Source of the DNA: Burkholderia diffusa
GTDB lineage: Bacteria > Pseudomonadota > Gammaproteobacteria > Burkholderiales > Burkholderiaceae
Assembly (NCBI RefSeq): GCF_902499115.1
Contig: NZ_CABVPN010000001.1
Coordinates: 261,866 to 293,865 of the forward strand
DNA length: 32,000 nt
Direction of reading: 5' to 3'
Shown here one piece after another: positions 17,972-29,904 of the stretch. Within the stretch, counting starts at the first letter, position 1. The number at the start of each line of letters is the position of its first letter. A program made the translations under genes and the position numbers. Below the pieces are notes generated by a model that was not told where the DNA came from, did not search any database, and saw only the letters and a list, made by a program, of their open reading frames with translations.

Positions 17972-18535
17972 TTATGGCGTGTATCGATAGACATCGGGGT
18001 TCGCCTTACTCCCGACGACGAAGCCACTATTCAAAAGCGCACTTTTAATAACGCTTTTTTGCATAGGAACATGAAGTGTAGGCACGTTCTTCATTGAGTC
18101 GCGAAAAATAGGAAGATTGTTCCAGAGATTTTTCACCGTTTGCTTCAACGCCCCGTTCACCAGAAGGCTCTCCTTCGAGTCGTACTCGGGATATATAACG
18201 ATGACCGGCAGCCCTTGATCATTGATGCCATAGTCGATCTCTTCCCTGAGTGCCAAGGAATTTTTTGTGGCCGAGCTCAAAATTAGGACGATATTCTTCG
18301 AACTCCGAAGACGCTCCCTGAGTCGCGGCTTCAAGGTCAACTCCCAATTGCTACCGTCTCGGACGCTGTAGGTCTTGTCGTGCGCGTCATTAAAGGGAAA
18401 CGACGCGTCGGCCCCTTTCCACGTCCGAAGAAGGTTGTAGAAGCAGAAATCTTTCGTCGCATGAGCACCTAATGAACTAGGATTGAATGGCTCAGAGACA
18501 TAGAAGGCAGTGTAGTTTCCGTTTCGATACGCCAT
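17972..18535 (-). CDS. thsB: Thoeris ThsB-like TIR-domain protein
   Basis: 187 aa. MAYRNGNYTAFYVSEPF...YNLLRTWKGADASFPFNDAHDKTY...NIVLILSSATKNSLALREEIDYG is the bacterial TIR-like (DUF1863/ThsB) pattern. RBS GGGGAG. Confidence 0.7.
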   Translation of the reverse strand: MAYRNGNYTAFYVSEPFNPSSLGAHATKDFCFYNLLRTWKGADASFPFNDAHDKTYSVRDGSNWELTLKPRLRERLRSSKNIVLILSSATKNSLALREEIDYGINDQGLPVIVIYPEYDSKESLLVNGALKQTVKNLWNNLPIFRDSMKNVPTLHVPMQKSVIKSALLNSGFVVGSKANPDVYRYTP

Positions 18536-19000
18536 AACAACTCCCCTATGTGTAGGGAAAACGAGTGCATTCGAACTTCGATATGCATCACTTCTTGCAG
18601 TGATGCGAATTTATGACAGCTGCCCCGAGACAGCTGCAAATAACAACTGCGTCGGCGACCGAATACGCTCGGACTTGCTTGCAAATGAGCTGTCGGCATC
18701 GCAACGTTGAGGCCGCTTCGGAGCCTTTCGGCGATGTCTTGCTACTCTCGATCCGAGTGCTAACCGAAAACGGTCACTTGACTTGCAAGATTGTTTGCGG
18801 CCGAATGCGCTACCACATCGTACTTTTTGCCACCCCACACCGTCGCCGGTAAACACTACCGTAAACCTTTCATCAGATAAAGATCTGAACACAAAATACG
18901 CCGGAAAAACGCTTCCGTCACGCAAGATGTCGTACTCCGCAAGCCATGCACAACTCGGTGTCCGTTCCCGAATCGCAAGCCGATCTGACCAGCTTTCGGT

Positions 19001-19025
19001 AAATTGTCGGTCGAACCGACGTTTT
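19001..19025. repeat. Island palindrome copy e (imperfect outer arms)
   Basis: AAATTGTCGG-TCGAA-CCGACGTTTT. Part of a ~45-nt repeat (18976-19020) matching 17018-17061. Confidence 0.6.
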
Positions 19026-19031
19026 GGAAGA

Positions 19032-19069
19032 ACGAAGCCCTGTTCGCACGTAATCGAACAGGGCTTCGT
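19032..19069 (-). terminator. Strong hairpin downstream of the integrase gene
   Basis: ACGAAGCCCTGTTCG-CACGTAAT-CGAACAGGGCTTCGT, a 15-bp stem about 60 nt after the integrase stop. Confidence 0.45.
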
Positions 19070-19130
19070 CGTCAGAGAATTGCATTTTTCGAGGTTTCTC
19101 TTGTGTACGGTATACACAAGTTATCAGGAC

Positions 19131-20117
19131 TTATCCGAGCTTCTTCGCCAGTTCGCTCGCCGACGTGTGGTAGTACCGACTCAGCATCTGAACGTTCGAA
19201 TGTCCGGTCACGGATGCAAGCTCGATCACGTTCGGCAGCTTTTTAGCAAGACTCGTCGTTGCCATATGCCGTAGATCGTGAAAGTGAAAGTTTTCGATTC
19301 CGGCACGCTTGCACGCTCGCGGCCACGCACACAAGACAACGTTCTGGCTGATCGGAATAACGCGCTCGTCGATGCGCTCCAACCCCTCCAGAATCGCAAT
19401 CGCGGCACTGCTCAATGGAACATACCGATCCCTACCGTTTTTCGTCATCGGCAGATAGGCCGTGCGCTGATCGAAATCGACGTGCCTCCATTCCAGAGAC
19501 AGCAATTCGCCCTGCCGCATCGCTGTCTCCAGCGCAAGCTTCGCGAGCGGGAGCAGCCACCTGCTCCGTAATTCATGGCGCTCCGCATGCAGTTCATGCA
19601 GGAGGCGATCAAGCTCGGCAGGCTTCAATATGCGATTCCGCCCAGGCGGCAATCGGGGCTTTTTCACAAGCTTCGTCGGATTGCTTACTGAGAGTCCCCA
19701 TTCACGTTGCGCATGCGTGATCACGGCGCTGATCGTCGCGAGTTCGCGACAGACGCACGAGTTGGTAGCCACCTTGAGACGTTGATCGCGGTAATCGGCC
19801 AACAGACTGGCCGTCAGATTGCGCATGCTGTACTCGGCGATCTTGTGGCGCAGCATTTTGCCGATCCGATATTCTTCGCTGCGCCTGCTACGCTTGGTCG
19901 GCGTGATCGATTCCTTGTAACGCTCCAGCAGTTTGCCGAAGGTTATGTCGGTCGTACCTGCCGGATCGACCCACGTTCCGTCGTCCATCGCGGCTTCGAC
20001 GGAACGTGCCCAGGCTTGCCCTTCTGCCTTCGTTGCAAATGATTTGTACTGCGTAGGAAATCCCTTGCGATTAATTTTGACTTGCCAGCGTCCGTTGCGC
20101 TGACTGAATGTAGCCAT
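19131..20117 (-). CDS. int: Tyrosine-type site-specific integrase (328 aa)
   Basis: N-terminal MATFSQRNGRWQVKINRKG arm/core-binding region. Catalytic ETAMRQGELLSLEW (Arg), HFHDLRHMATT (HxxR), VTGHSNVQMLSRYYH (His, Tyr). Its start lies ~108 bp from attR. Confidence 0.9.
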   Translation of the reverse strand: MATFSQRNGRWQVKINRKGFPTQYKSFATKAEGQAWARSVEAAMDDGTWVDPAGTTDITFGKLLERYKESITPTKRSRRSEEYRIGKMLRHKIAEYSMRNLTASLLADYRDQRLKVATNSCVCRELATISAVITHAQREWGLSVSNPTKLVKKPRLPPGRNRILKPAELDRLLHELHAERHELRSRWLLPLAKLALETAMRQGELLSLEWRHVDFDQRTAYLPMTKNGRDRYVPLSSAAIAILEGLERIDERVIPISQNVVLCAWPRACKRAGIENFHFHDLRHMATTSLAKKLPNVIELASVTGHSNVQMLSRYYHTSASELAKKLG

Positions 20118-20130
20118 GTTTTTGCCTCTG

Positions 20131-20149
20131 AGTTGCAGTTGAGTTGCAA
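20131..20149 (+). repeat. GAGTTGCA x2 (putative integrase arm-type sites), right copy
   Basis: GAGTTGCA-gtt-GAGTTGCA, 14 nt upstream of the integrase start codon. Confidence 0.5.
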
Positions 20150-20223
20150 AAACATGATTTCGGACAATTGGAAAAGCTGGAAAGCCTCAGCCCACGGTCA
20201 AGTCAATGATATGACCCCAATTT

Positions 20224-20259
20224 TCAATTGATGCACTCGTCGGTAATCATCAAAGACAT
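20224..20259 (-). pseudogene. Displaced native 5' stub of the ferredoxin gene
   Basis: The minus strand reads ATG TCT TTG ATG ATT ACC GAC GAG TGC ATC AAT TGA ([11 protein letters not shown]). High-GC backbone sequence begins immediately upstream of it. Confidence 0.75.
20225..20252. repeat. attR core (28-bp direct repeat)
   Basis: CAATTGATGCACTCGTCGGTAATCATCA, identical to 6614-6641. Confidence 0.85.
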
Positions 20260-20318
20260 ACTGATCTCACTTCTTCAGGCCGGCGGCCGGCTTCGCAACG
20301 AAACCGGCCGGCGCCGCG

Positions 20319-20927
<609 letters not shown>

Positions 20928-21542
20928 TTATTCATCATTTTCGCGCCGCAGCAAATGAAAGTGAACCGCACCCGCCTTGCCGTGCTTCACCACCTGCCAA
21001 CCGGCCAGCGCTTCGTGGGCGGCCGGGTCGAGCTCCGCGCCCGTCTCGACGTACAGGGCGCCCTCCGGCGCGACGAGCGGCGCCGCCAGCGCGATCGCGC
21101 GATCGAGTACGGCCGGCTCACCGAACGGCGGATCGAGGAACACGACGTCGAACGCACCCGGGGTCAGCCCGGCCGCGAGCCGCAGCGCGTCGGCTTCCGC
21201 GACCTCGACCGAGCGTGCGCCGAGCTTGTCCTTGATCGCGCGCAGTTGCTGCGCCGCGCGCGGGTGGCGCTCGACCATCACGACGCTCGTCGCGCCGCGC
21301 GACGCGGCCTCGAACCCGAGCGCACCGGTGCCCGCGAACAGGTCGAGGCAGCGCCGGCCTTCGAGATCCTGGCCGAGCCAGTTGAACAGCGTCTCGCGCA
21401 CGCGATCGGGCGTCGGCCGCAGGCCGTCGAGATCGAGCACGGCGAGCGGCGTGCGTTTCCAGTCACCGCCGATGATGCGGATCGTGTGCGGCTTGCCACG
21501 GCCAGGGGGGGCCGTCGGGCGGCCGGAAGAGGAACGGGACAT
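20928..21542 (-). CDS. rsmD: 16S rRNA (guanine966-N2)-methyltransferase
   Basis: Internal ATG at 21542. RIIGGDWKRTPL, RPTPDRVRETLFNWL, LDLFAGTGALGFEAASRGA and the DPPF motif. Confidence 0.8.
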   Translation of the reverse strand: MSRSSSGRPTAPPGRGKPHTIRIIGGDWKRTPLAVLDLDGLRPTPDRVRETLFNWLGQDLEGRRCLDLFAGTGALGFEAASRGATSVVMVERHPRAAQQLRAIKDKLGARSVEVAEADALRLAAGLTPGAFDVVFLDPPFGEPAVLDRAIALAAPLVAPEGALYVETGAELDPAAHEALAGWQVVKHGKAGAVHFHLLRRENDE

Positions 21543-21744
21543 ACGGAATATCGACAACGGGGGGACCGGGTGCGCAGGAGGGCGCACCGCCAAACAGGCG
21601 CACGTTACCACAGCGGCGGCACCGGCTGACGCGAGTGCGCCGCCGCACTGATAAAATGCCCGGTTTCGGCCGCCATGCGCACGCACGACGGCCCGTCCGG
21701 CGCTGCGCCCTAGCGGCGCCCCGCCCTCTTCCCGACGTCAGACC

Positions 21745-22890
21745 ATGTTCAGCTTCTTCAAACGATTCAAGAAAACGCAGGAGCCCGACTCCGCGGAATC
21801 GCAATCGATCGATGCGCCGCAACCGGACGAACCGTCCGACACGCGCCAGGCGATCGAAGCGCCGCAAGCACCCGCGCAACCTCAGCAGGCCGCGCCTGCC
21901 GTCGTGATGACGGTCACGCCGACCAACGACGGCAGCGACGAAGTCGTCGAAGCGGTCGAGATCGTGCCGCCGCCGACGCAGGACGCCTCCGCGAAGAAAT
22001 CGTGGCTCGCGCGCCTGAAGTCGGGCCTCGCAAAGACGGGCTCGAGCATCACCGGCGTATTCGTCAATACGAAGATCGACGAGGACCTGTACGAAGAGCT
22101 CGAGGCCGCGCTGCTGATGTCCGACGCCGGCGTCGATGCGACCGAGTACCTGCTCGGCGCGCTGCGCGAGAAGGTGCGCGCTGGCCGGCTGACCGATCCG
22201 CAGCAGGTGAAGGGCGCGCTGCACGACCTGCTCGTCGAACTGCTGAAGCCGCTCGAGAAATCGCTGATGCTCGGCCGCGCGCAGCCGCTCGTGATGATGA
22301 TCACGGGCGTGAACGGCGCAGGCAAGACCACCAGCATCGGCAAGCTCGCGAAGCACCTGCAGAGCTTCGACCAGTCGGTGCTGCTGGCTGCGGGCGACAC
22401 GTTCCGCGCGGCCGCGCGCGAACAACTGGCGGTCTGGGGCGAGCGCAACAACGTGACGGTCGTCCAGCAGGAAAGCGGCGACCCGGCCGCCGTGATCTTC
22501 GACGCGGTCAGCGCGGCGCGCGCGCGCAGGATCGACGTGATGATGGCCGACACGGCCGGCCGCCTGCCGACGCAGCTGCACCTGATGGAAGAGCTGAAGA
22601 AGGTGAAGCGCGTGATCTCGAAGGCGCACGATGGCGCGCCGCACGAGGTGCTGCTCGTGATCGACGCGAACACGGGCCAGAACGCGCTCACGCAGGTGAA
22701 GGCATTCGACGATGCACTCGGCCTCACGGGCCTGATCGTCACGAAGCTCGACGGCACCGCGAAGGGCGGCATTCTCGCCGCGATCGCGCGGCAGCGCCCG
22801 GTGCCCGTCTACTTCATCGGCGTCGGCGAGAAAGTCGAGGACCTGCAGCCGTTCAGCGCAGTCGAATTCGCGGACGCGCTGCTCGACTGA
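21745..22890 (+). CDS. ftsY: Signal recognition particle receptor FtsY
   Basis: Acidic N-terminal region followed by an NG domain: GVNGAGKTTSIGKLA, DTAGRL, TKLDGTAKGG. Confidence 0.95.
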   Translation: MFSFFKRFKKTQEPDSAESQSIDAPQPDEPSDTRQAIEAPQAPAQPQQAAPAVVMTVTPTNDGSDEVVEAVEIVPPPTQDASAKKSWLARLKSGLAKTGSSITGVFVNTKIDEDLYEELEAALLMSDAGVDATEYLLGALREKVRAGRLTDPQQVKGALHDLLVELLKPLEKSLMLGRAQPLVMMITGVNGAGKTTSIGKLAKHLQSFDQSVLLAAGDTFRAAAREQLAVWGERNNVTVVQQESGDPAAVIFDAVSAARARRIDVMMADTAGRLPTQLHLMEELKKVKRVISKAHDGAPHEVLLVIDANTGQNALTQVKAFDDALGLTGLIVTKLDGTAKGGILAAIARQRPVPVYFIGVGEKVEDLQPFSAVEFADALLD

Positions 22891-22994
22891 ACGCCGCCGG
22901 CCCGCACCGCACGGGGCGCCTTCTGGCGCCCTTTTTTCATGCACGTCCGGAAGCCGTCAGCGGGCGGCCGGCTGACCCACGGCGTCATTCGGCG

Positions 22995-23639
22995 TCATTC
23001 GGCGTCGGGCTGCGCGCCGGGCTCGGCGGCCTTGAACGCGTCCAGCGTCGACGCATGATCGGCGATCCGCTGGATCGTCGGAAAGCGCGTCGTGTCGATC
23101 GAGAAACGGTTCGCGTTGAACACCTGCGGCACGATGCAGATATCGGCGAGCGTCGGCGTGTCACCGAAGCACAGCTTGCCGGTGCGCGGATCGTTCGCGA
23201 GGCGCGTCTCGAGCGATGCGAAACCCGCCTCGATCCAGTGCCGGTACCAGTCGTTCTTCGCTTCCTCGGACACCTTCAGCGAGTGCTTCAGGTACTTGAG
23301 CACGCGCAGGTTGTTCAGCGGATGGATCTCGCACGCGACCTGCAGCGCAATCGCCCGCACATATGCGCGGTCGACCGGCTGCTTTGGCAACAGCGCCGGT
23401 TCGGGATGCGTTTCCTCGAGATATTCGATGATCGCGAGCGATTGCTGCAGCGTGGCATTGCCGTCGATCAGCGTCGGCACGACCGCATCCGGATTCACCG
23501 CGCGGTAGGCGTCCTTCAATTGCTCACCGCCGTCGCGCAGCATGTGCACGGGAACCGTGTCGTACGGCAGCTGCTTCAGGTTCAGGGCGATCCGCACGCG
23601 GTACGACGCGGAACTGCGGAAATAGCTGTAGAGCTTCAT
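22995..23639 (-). CDS. maiA: Maleylacetoacetate isomerase (zeta-class GST)
   Basis: ATG at 23639. MKLYSYFRSSASYRVRIALNLK...VPTLIDGNATLQQSLAIIEYLEE. 214 aa. Confidence 0.8.
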   Translation of the reverse strand: MKLYSYFRSSASYRVRIALNLKQLPYDTVPVHMLRDGGEQLKDAYRAVNPDAVVPTLIDGNATLQQSLAIIEYLEETHPEPALLPKQPVDRAYVRAIALQVACEIHPLNNLRVLKYLKHSLKVSEEAKNDWYRHWIEAGFASLETRLANDPRTGKLCFGDTPTLADICIVPQVFNANRFSIDTTRFPTIQRIADHASTLDAFKAAEPGAQPDAE

Positions 23640-23820
23640 GGGATGTCTCTCTGGTTCGTATTCGGCCGGCGACTGCGTCCGCGGCGCACGCGGCACCGCC
23701 GGGAACCCGAGTTTAGCGCGCCGCGCCGCGTCGGCGCGCGCGGCCGTGCCCGTGCGATACTCGGGGCATTCCTCACCGCTCACCGCGCGGCCCGATGCCG
23801 GCCGCCCGCCCCACGCCCCG

Positions 23821-24813
23821 ATGACCGCTCCCCTCGACCCAGCAGCCTCGCCGTTTCCTTGCGCCCGCTTCATCAAGGAAATCGGCCGCGGCCCGCACGG
23901 CGCACGCGCGCTGTCCGCCGAAGACACGTTCGAGCTCTATCGCGCGATGCTCGATGCGCGCGTGTCGGACGTCGAACTCGGCGCGATCCTGATCGCCTAT
24001 CGCCTGAAGGGCGAAAGCGCCGACGAACTGGCCGCGATGCTCGCCGCCGCGCAGGCGTCGTTCGAACCCGTGCACGTGCAGGACGCCGCGTTCCGCCCGG
24101 TGTCGATCCCGAGCTACAACGGCGCGCGCAAGCAGCCGAACCTGGTGCCGCTGCTCGCGCTGCTGCTCGCGCGCGAAGGCGTACCGGTGCTCGTACACGG
24201 TGTCGAGCGCGATCCGGGCCGCGTGACGAGCGCGGAGATCTTCTCTGCGCTGTCGATCCCGCCGTCGACATCGCACGACGCGATCGAGGACACGCTCGCG
24301 GAGCGCCGCGTCGCGTTCGCGCCCATTGACGCGCTGGCGCCGCGCATCGCGCGTCTGCTGTCGCTGCGCGGCGTGCTCGGCGTGCGCAACTCGACGCACA
24401 CGCTCGTGAAGATCCTGCAGCCGTTCGCGCCGGCCGGGCTGCGGCTCGTCAACTACACGCATCCGCCGTACCGCGACAGCCTCGCGCAACTGTTCCGCGA
24501 TCATCCGGACGCCGCACTGGGCGGCGCGCTGCTCGCGCGCGGCACCGAAGGCGAAGCGGTGGCCGACACGCGGCGCCAGGTGCAGGTCGACTGGCTGCAC
24601 GACGGCGTGTGCGACACGCTGATCGAGCCAGAGCGCTCGTCGAGCGACGCGCCGCCTGTGGCGCTGCCCGAATCGCGCGACGCGGCCACCACGGCCGCGT
24701 GGACGGACGCCGTGCTGCGCGGCGAAATTCCGGTACCCGACACGCTTGCGCGGCAGGTCGAGACGATCGTGCGGATCGTACGAATCGAGCGGACAGCCCG
24801 GCTCGCACCGTGA
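23821..24813 (+). CDS. YbiB-like, anthranilate phosphoribosyltransferase-fold protein
   Basis: ATG at 23821. FIKEIGRGPHGARALSAEDTFELYRAMLDARVSDVELGAILIAYRLKGES is typical of the glycosyl transferase family 3 / YbiB N-terminus. Confidence 0.55.
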   Translation: MTAPLDPAASPFPCARFIKEIGRGPHGARALSAEDTFELYRAMLDARVSDVELGAILIAYRLKGESADELAAMLAAAQASFEPVHVQDAAFRPVSIPSYNGARKQPNLVPLLALLLAREGVPVLVHGVERDPGRVTSAEIFSALSIPPSTSHDAIEDTLAERRVAFAPIDALAPRIARLLSLRGVLGVRNSTHTLVKILQPFAPAGLRLVNYTHPPYRDSLAQLFRDHPDAALGGALLARGTEGEAVADTRRQVQVDWLHDGVCDTLIEPERSSSDAPPVALPESRDAATTAAWTDAVLRGEIPVPDTLARQVETIVRIVRIERTARLAP

Positions 24814-24985
24814 CCGGCGTCCCGGGCCGGTACGCCGTCGCGCCGGCCTTTCAACCGACCATTTGACACGCGCATGCATCCTGACATAGAGTTGTCGCCA
24901 TGCGTTCCTTTCCGAACACCCTCCGAATTACCTTCGGCCGCCTAGCGCGGTCGCTATCGCTACGACTAGCCTAAGGCTGTCGTAG

Positions 24986-26854
<1,869 letters not shown>

Positions 26855-26941
26855 CCGGCAGGTTTTCGCTTCAGGGTTCAAACGTCAAGCGAGCGGTGCG
26901 TGACCGCCCGTGCTGCGCGCAATCCGCGCCGCACAGGCAAT

Positions 26942-26965
26942 AAAAAGCGGCCCAGAAGGCCGCTT
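26942..26965 (-). terminator. Rho-independent terminator for the minus-strand gene at 27000-27383
   Basis: The minus strand reads AAGCGGCC-TTCTG-GGCCGCTTTTTATT. Confidence 0.5.
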
Positions 26966-26999
26966 CGGTCGGGACACGAAAAAGGAGCGCCACGCGCGC

Positions 27000-27383
27000 T
27001 CATGTCTCGGTCGCGCACCGCGTCGCCTGCCACGCCAGCAGGCGCCACTGCCCCTGCTCATGGGTATGGACGGCGGTATAGGCGATCGGAAACACCAGCC
27101 CGCCGTTGTTCGTTTCCATCTCGATCAGAGCGCGCCCGGTGACGACGCAGGTTGCGTCACCGACGGGAAGCAGATCCTGCGACTGGATTTCGATCTGGCG
27201 ATAGCGGCGGCGGCCGGCGACGATGGCGTCGATGAACTGCTGCTTGGTTTCGCGTTTGCCGTTGGTGTGCACGAAGAACACCTTGTCCGACAATTGCGCA
27301 TCGAGCGCCTCGCCGTCCCCGTCGACCATCGCCCGGAACCGATCGCGCTCGAGTGCGCGAATCGCATCGACCACCTTCGCCAT
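27000..27383 (-). CDS. NTF2/SnoaL-like (DUF4440-type) small protein
   Basis: ATG at 27383 after GAGGAG. About 127 aa with the mixed alpha/beta pattern of the NTF2-like fold (...FFVHTNGKRETKQQFIDAI...). Assignment by general resemblance only. Confidence 0.45.
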   Translation of the reverse strand: MAKVVDAIRALERDRFRAMVDGDGEALDAQLSDKVFFVHTNGKRETKQQFIDAIVAGRRRYRQIEIQSQDLLPVGDATCVVTGRALIEMETNNGGLVFPIAYTAVHTHEQGQWRLLAWQATRCATET

Positions 27384-27428
27384 CGCCTGACTCCTCGGCA
27401 ACGCGCCCGCCGTGCGCGGGCGTGCGGA

Positions 27429-27998
27429 TCAGAAGTTGTACTGCACGTAGAACTGGTGGAAATTTATACCAGGATTCGGCTCTTTGATACCCGCGTTAGA
27501 CACATGTTGAAAACGGTAGCCGAGCTGGTACTGTTGCCGTTCTCCGAACTGCGCGCCGACACCGGCGACGTCCACGAACTGGAACGACGTCGCCAGCGAC
27601 AGTTTGTTGGAGATCGTCGGGGAAGTCAGGAAGCGGATGCCGGCGCCGGCCTCGATGAACGGACGTACCTGGCCCGCGCTCTTGATGAAGCGGAACATCG
27701 GCGTCGCGCCGAATTCACCGATGCTGCCATGAACATTGCCGCCCGTGTGCCAGTAGCCGGCGTGGCCTTCCATCACGAACGCGAAGTGCCAGCCGCCGAT
27801 TTCCCACCAGTTCCAGCCCGGATCCCACACGACGCCGAGATCGGCCTTGTCGATCCCGTGGCGATCGGAAAACCCGCCGCCCGCCTGGATTCCCCATCGA
27901 TCCGCGAACGCCGCACCCGATCCGCCCAGCAGCGACGCCGCCAGCAGCGCATGCAGCGCAAGCCGGCTACGGGGCCGGCAATTCTTCTTATTGTTCAT
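27429..27998 (-). CDS. PagL-like lipid A 3-O-deacylase / acyloxyacyl hydrolase outer-membrane protein
   Basis: ATG at 27998 after GGAG. Signal peptide (LALHALLAASLLGGSGAAFA), beta-barrel-like alternation, HVSNAG catalytic His/Ser motif, C-terminal aromatic residue (YNF). Confidence 0.65.
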   Translation of the reverse strand: MNNKKNCRPRSRLALHALLAASLLGGSGAAFADRWGIQAGGGFSDRHGIDKADLGVVWDPGWNWWEIGGWHFAFVMEGHAGYWHTGGNVHGSIGEFGATPMFRFIKSAGQVRPFIEAGAGIRFLTSPTISNKLSLATSFQFVDVAGVGAQFGERQQYQLGYRFQHVSNAGIKEPNPGINFHQFYVQYNF

Positions 27999-28359
27999 CA
28001 GACACTCCAACATTGTGGATTGAATGGAGCCTTGCCGCAGCGGCCGGGCCCGAGCGAACTGAATGGTATGGTAAAGGACTTTTCGGATCGGCATCACGAA
28101 GCGAAATTGTTTGCTTCCAAAACTACAAAAATCGAAACCGTCTACTGATTACTATCAGAAACAACAACTTACGGAACTTCCTCCGGTCAGCCTTGTCGCA
28201 AATTAGACTATCGATTCGACAAGTTCGATAGAGAATCGGGAACTCGGATGCCCCCGTCCCCTCTAAGGAATTAGCACTCAGATTACGGGAGTGCTAAGAT
28301 GAGCCTCGGAATCTCATCCGAGACCAGGGGTTTGTCCCTGATTCCAAAGGAGTTTTTTA

Positions 28360-29295
<936 letters not shown>

Positions 29296-29319
29296 CTCCC
29301 GATTTAGAGCGCTTCACCC

Positions 29320-29352
29320 AAAACCGCTGCCCGCCCGGCAGCGGTTTTTTTT
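29320..29352 (+). terminator. Rho-independent terminator after rpoH
   Basis: AAAACCGCTGCC-CGCCC-GGCAGCGGTTTTTTTT. Confidence 0.7.
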
Positions 29353-29622
29353 CGTCTGTTATTTCGCCTCGATCACGCCGCGTTAATCGACCGTATTGAT
29401 CGGGTATCGGGCAAATTCCGGCCCCTTCCGCATAACCTTGATCTACCTCAAGTTTTGACATGCGCTTCGCGACGGTCTGCCGCAGCGCAGCACTCGGCAT
29501 CGGAAAGCCGGCATTTTAAAATTGGCATGTCGGCTTAAAAGGATTAAAACAGCTTAACCGCCGTCATAAATCCGACGTAGAGTCGCCCCCAAACCCACGT
29601 AAATCGATTCAGGATAATCACC

Positions 29623-29904
29623 TTGATCTCGATCAATAAAGAGCCTGCGCCGCCTCCCCCGCAGGCCACCGGCACGCTCGGCTGGCGCGCGCGCATCGCC
29701 GCGTGGGCTCGCGGGCCAACCCTCGCCCGCGACATCACCCTGGTGTTGATCGTCAAGCTGATCCTTTTGACGTCGCTCAAATACGCATTCTTCAATCATC
29801 CGCAGGCTGAGCACATGTCGCTTCCGCCTGCCGCCGTCGCCGAGAAGTTGCTCTCGGTACCGGCGCCCGCATCTACCGAGGGAGACCACCATGATAAGCA
29901 GTGA
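29623..29904 (+). CDS. Small membrane protein upstream of cydA (CydP-like)
   Basis: TTG start after AGGA. One TM helix (ITLVLIVKLILLTSL). Overlaps the cydA start by 14 nt. This position matches the small cyd-associated subunit of betaproteobacteria. Confidence 0.45.
   Translation: MISINKEPAPPPPQATGTLGWRARIAAWARGPTLARDITLVLIVKLILLTSLKYAFFNHPQAEHMSLPPAAVAEKLLSVPAPASTEGDHHDKQ

Noticed and set aside
18611-19117. 168-aa ORF on the minus strand between thsB and the integrase gene.
   Set aside because: Its composition does not look protein-like. It runs through palindrome e and the strong integrase-downstream hairpin, and it has no RBS. Treated as non-coding.
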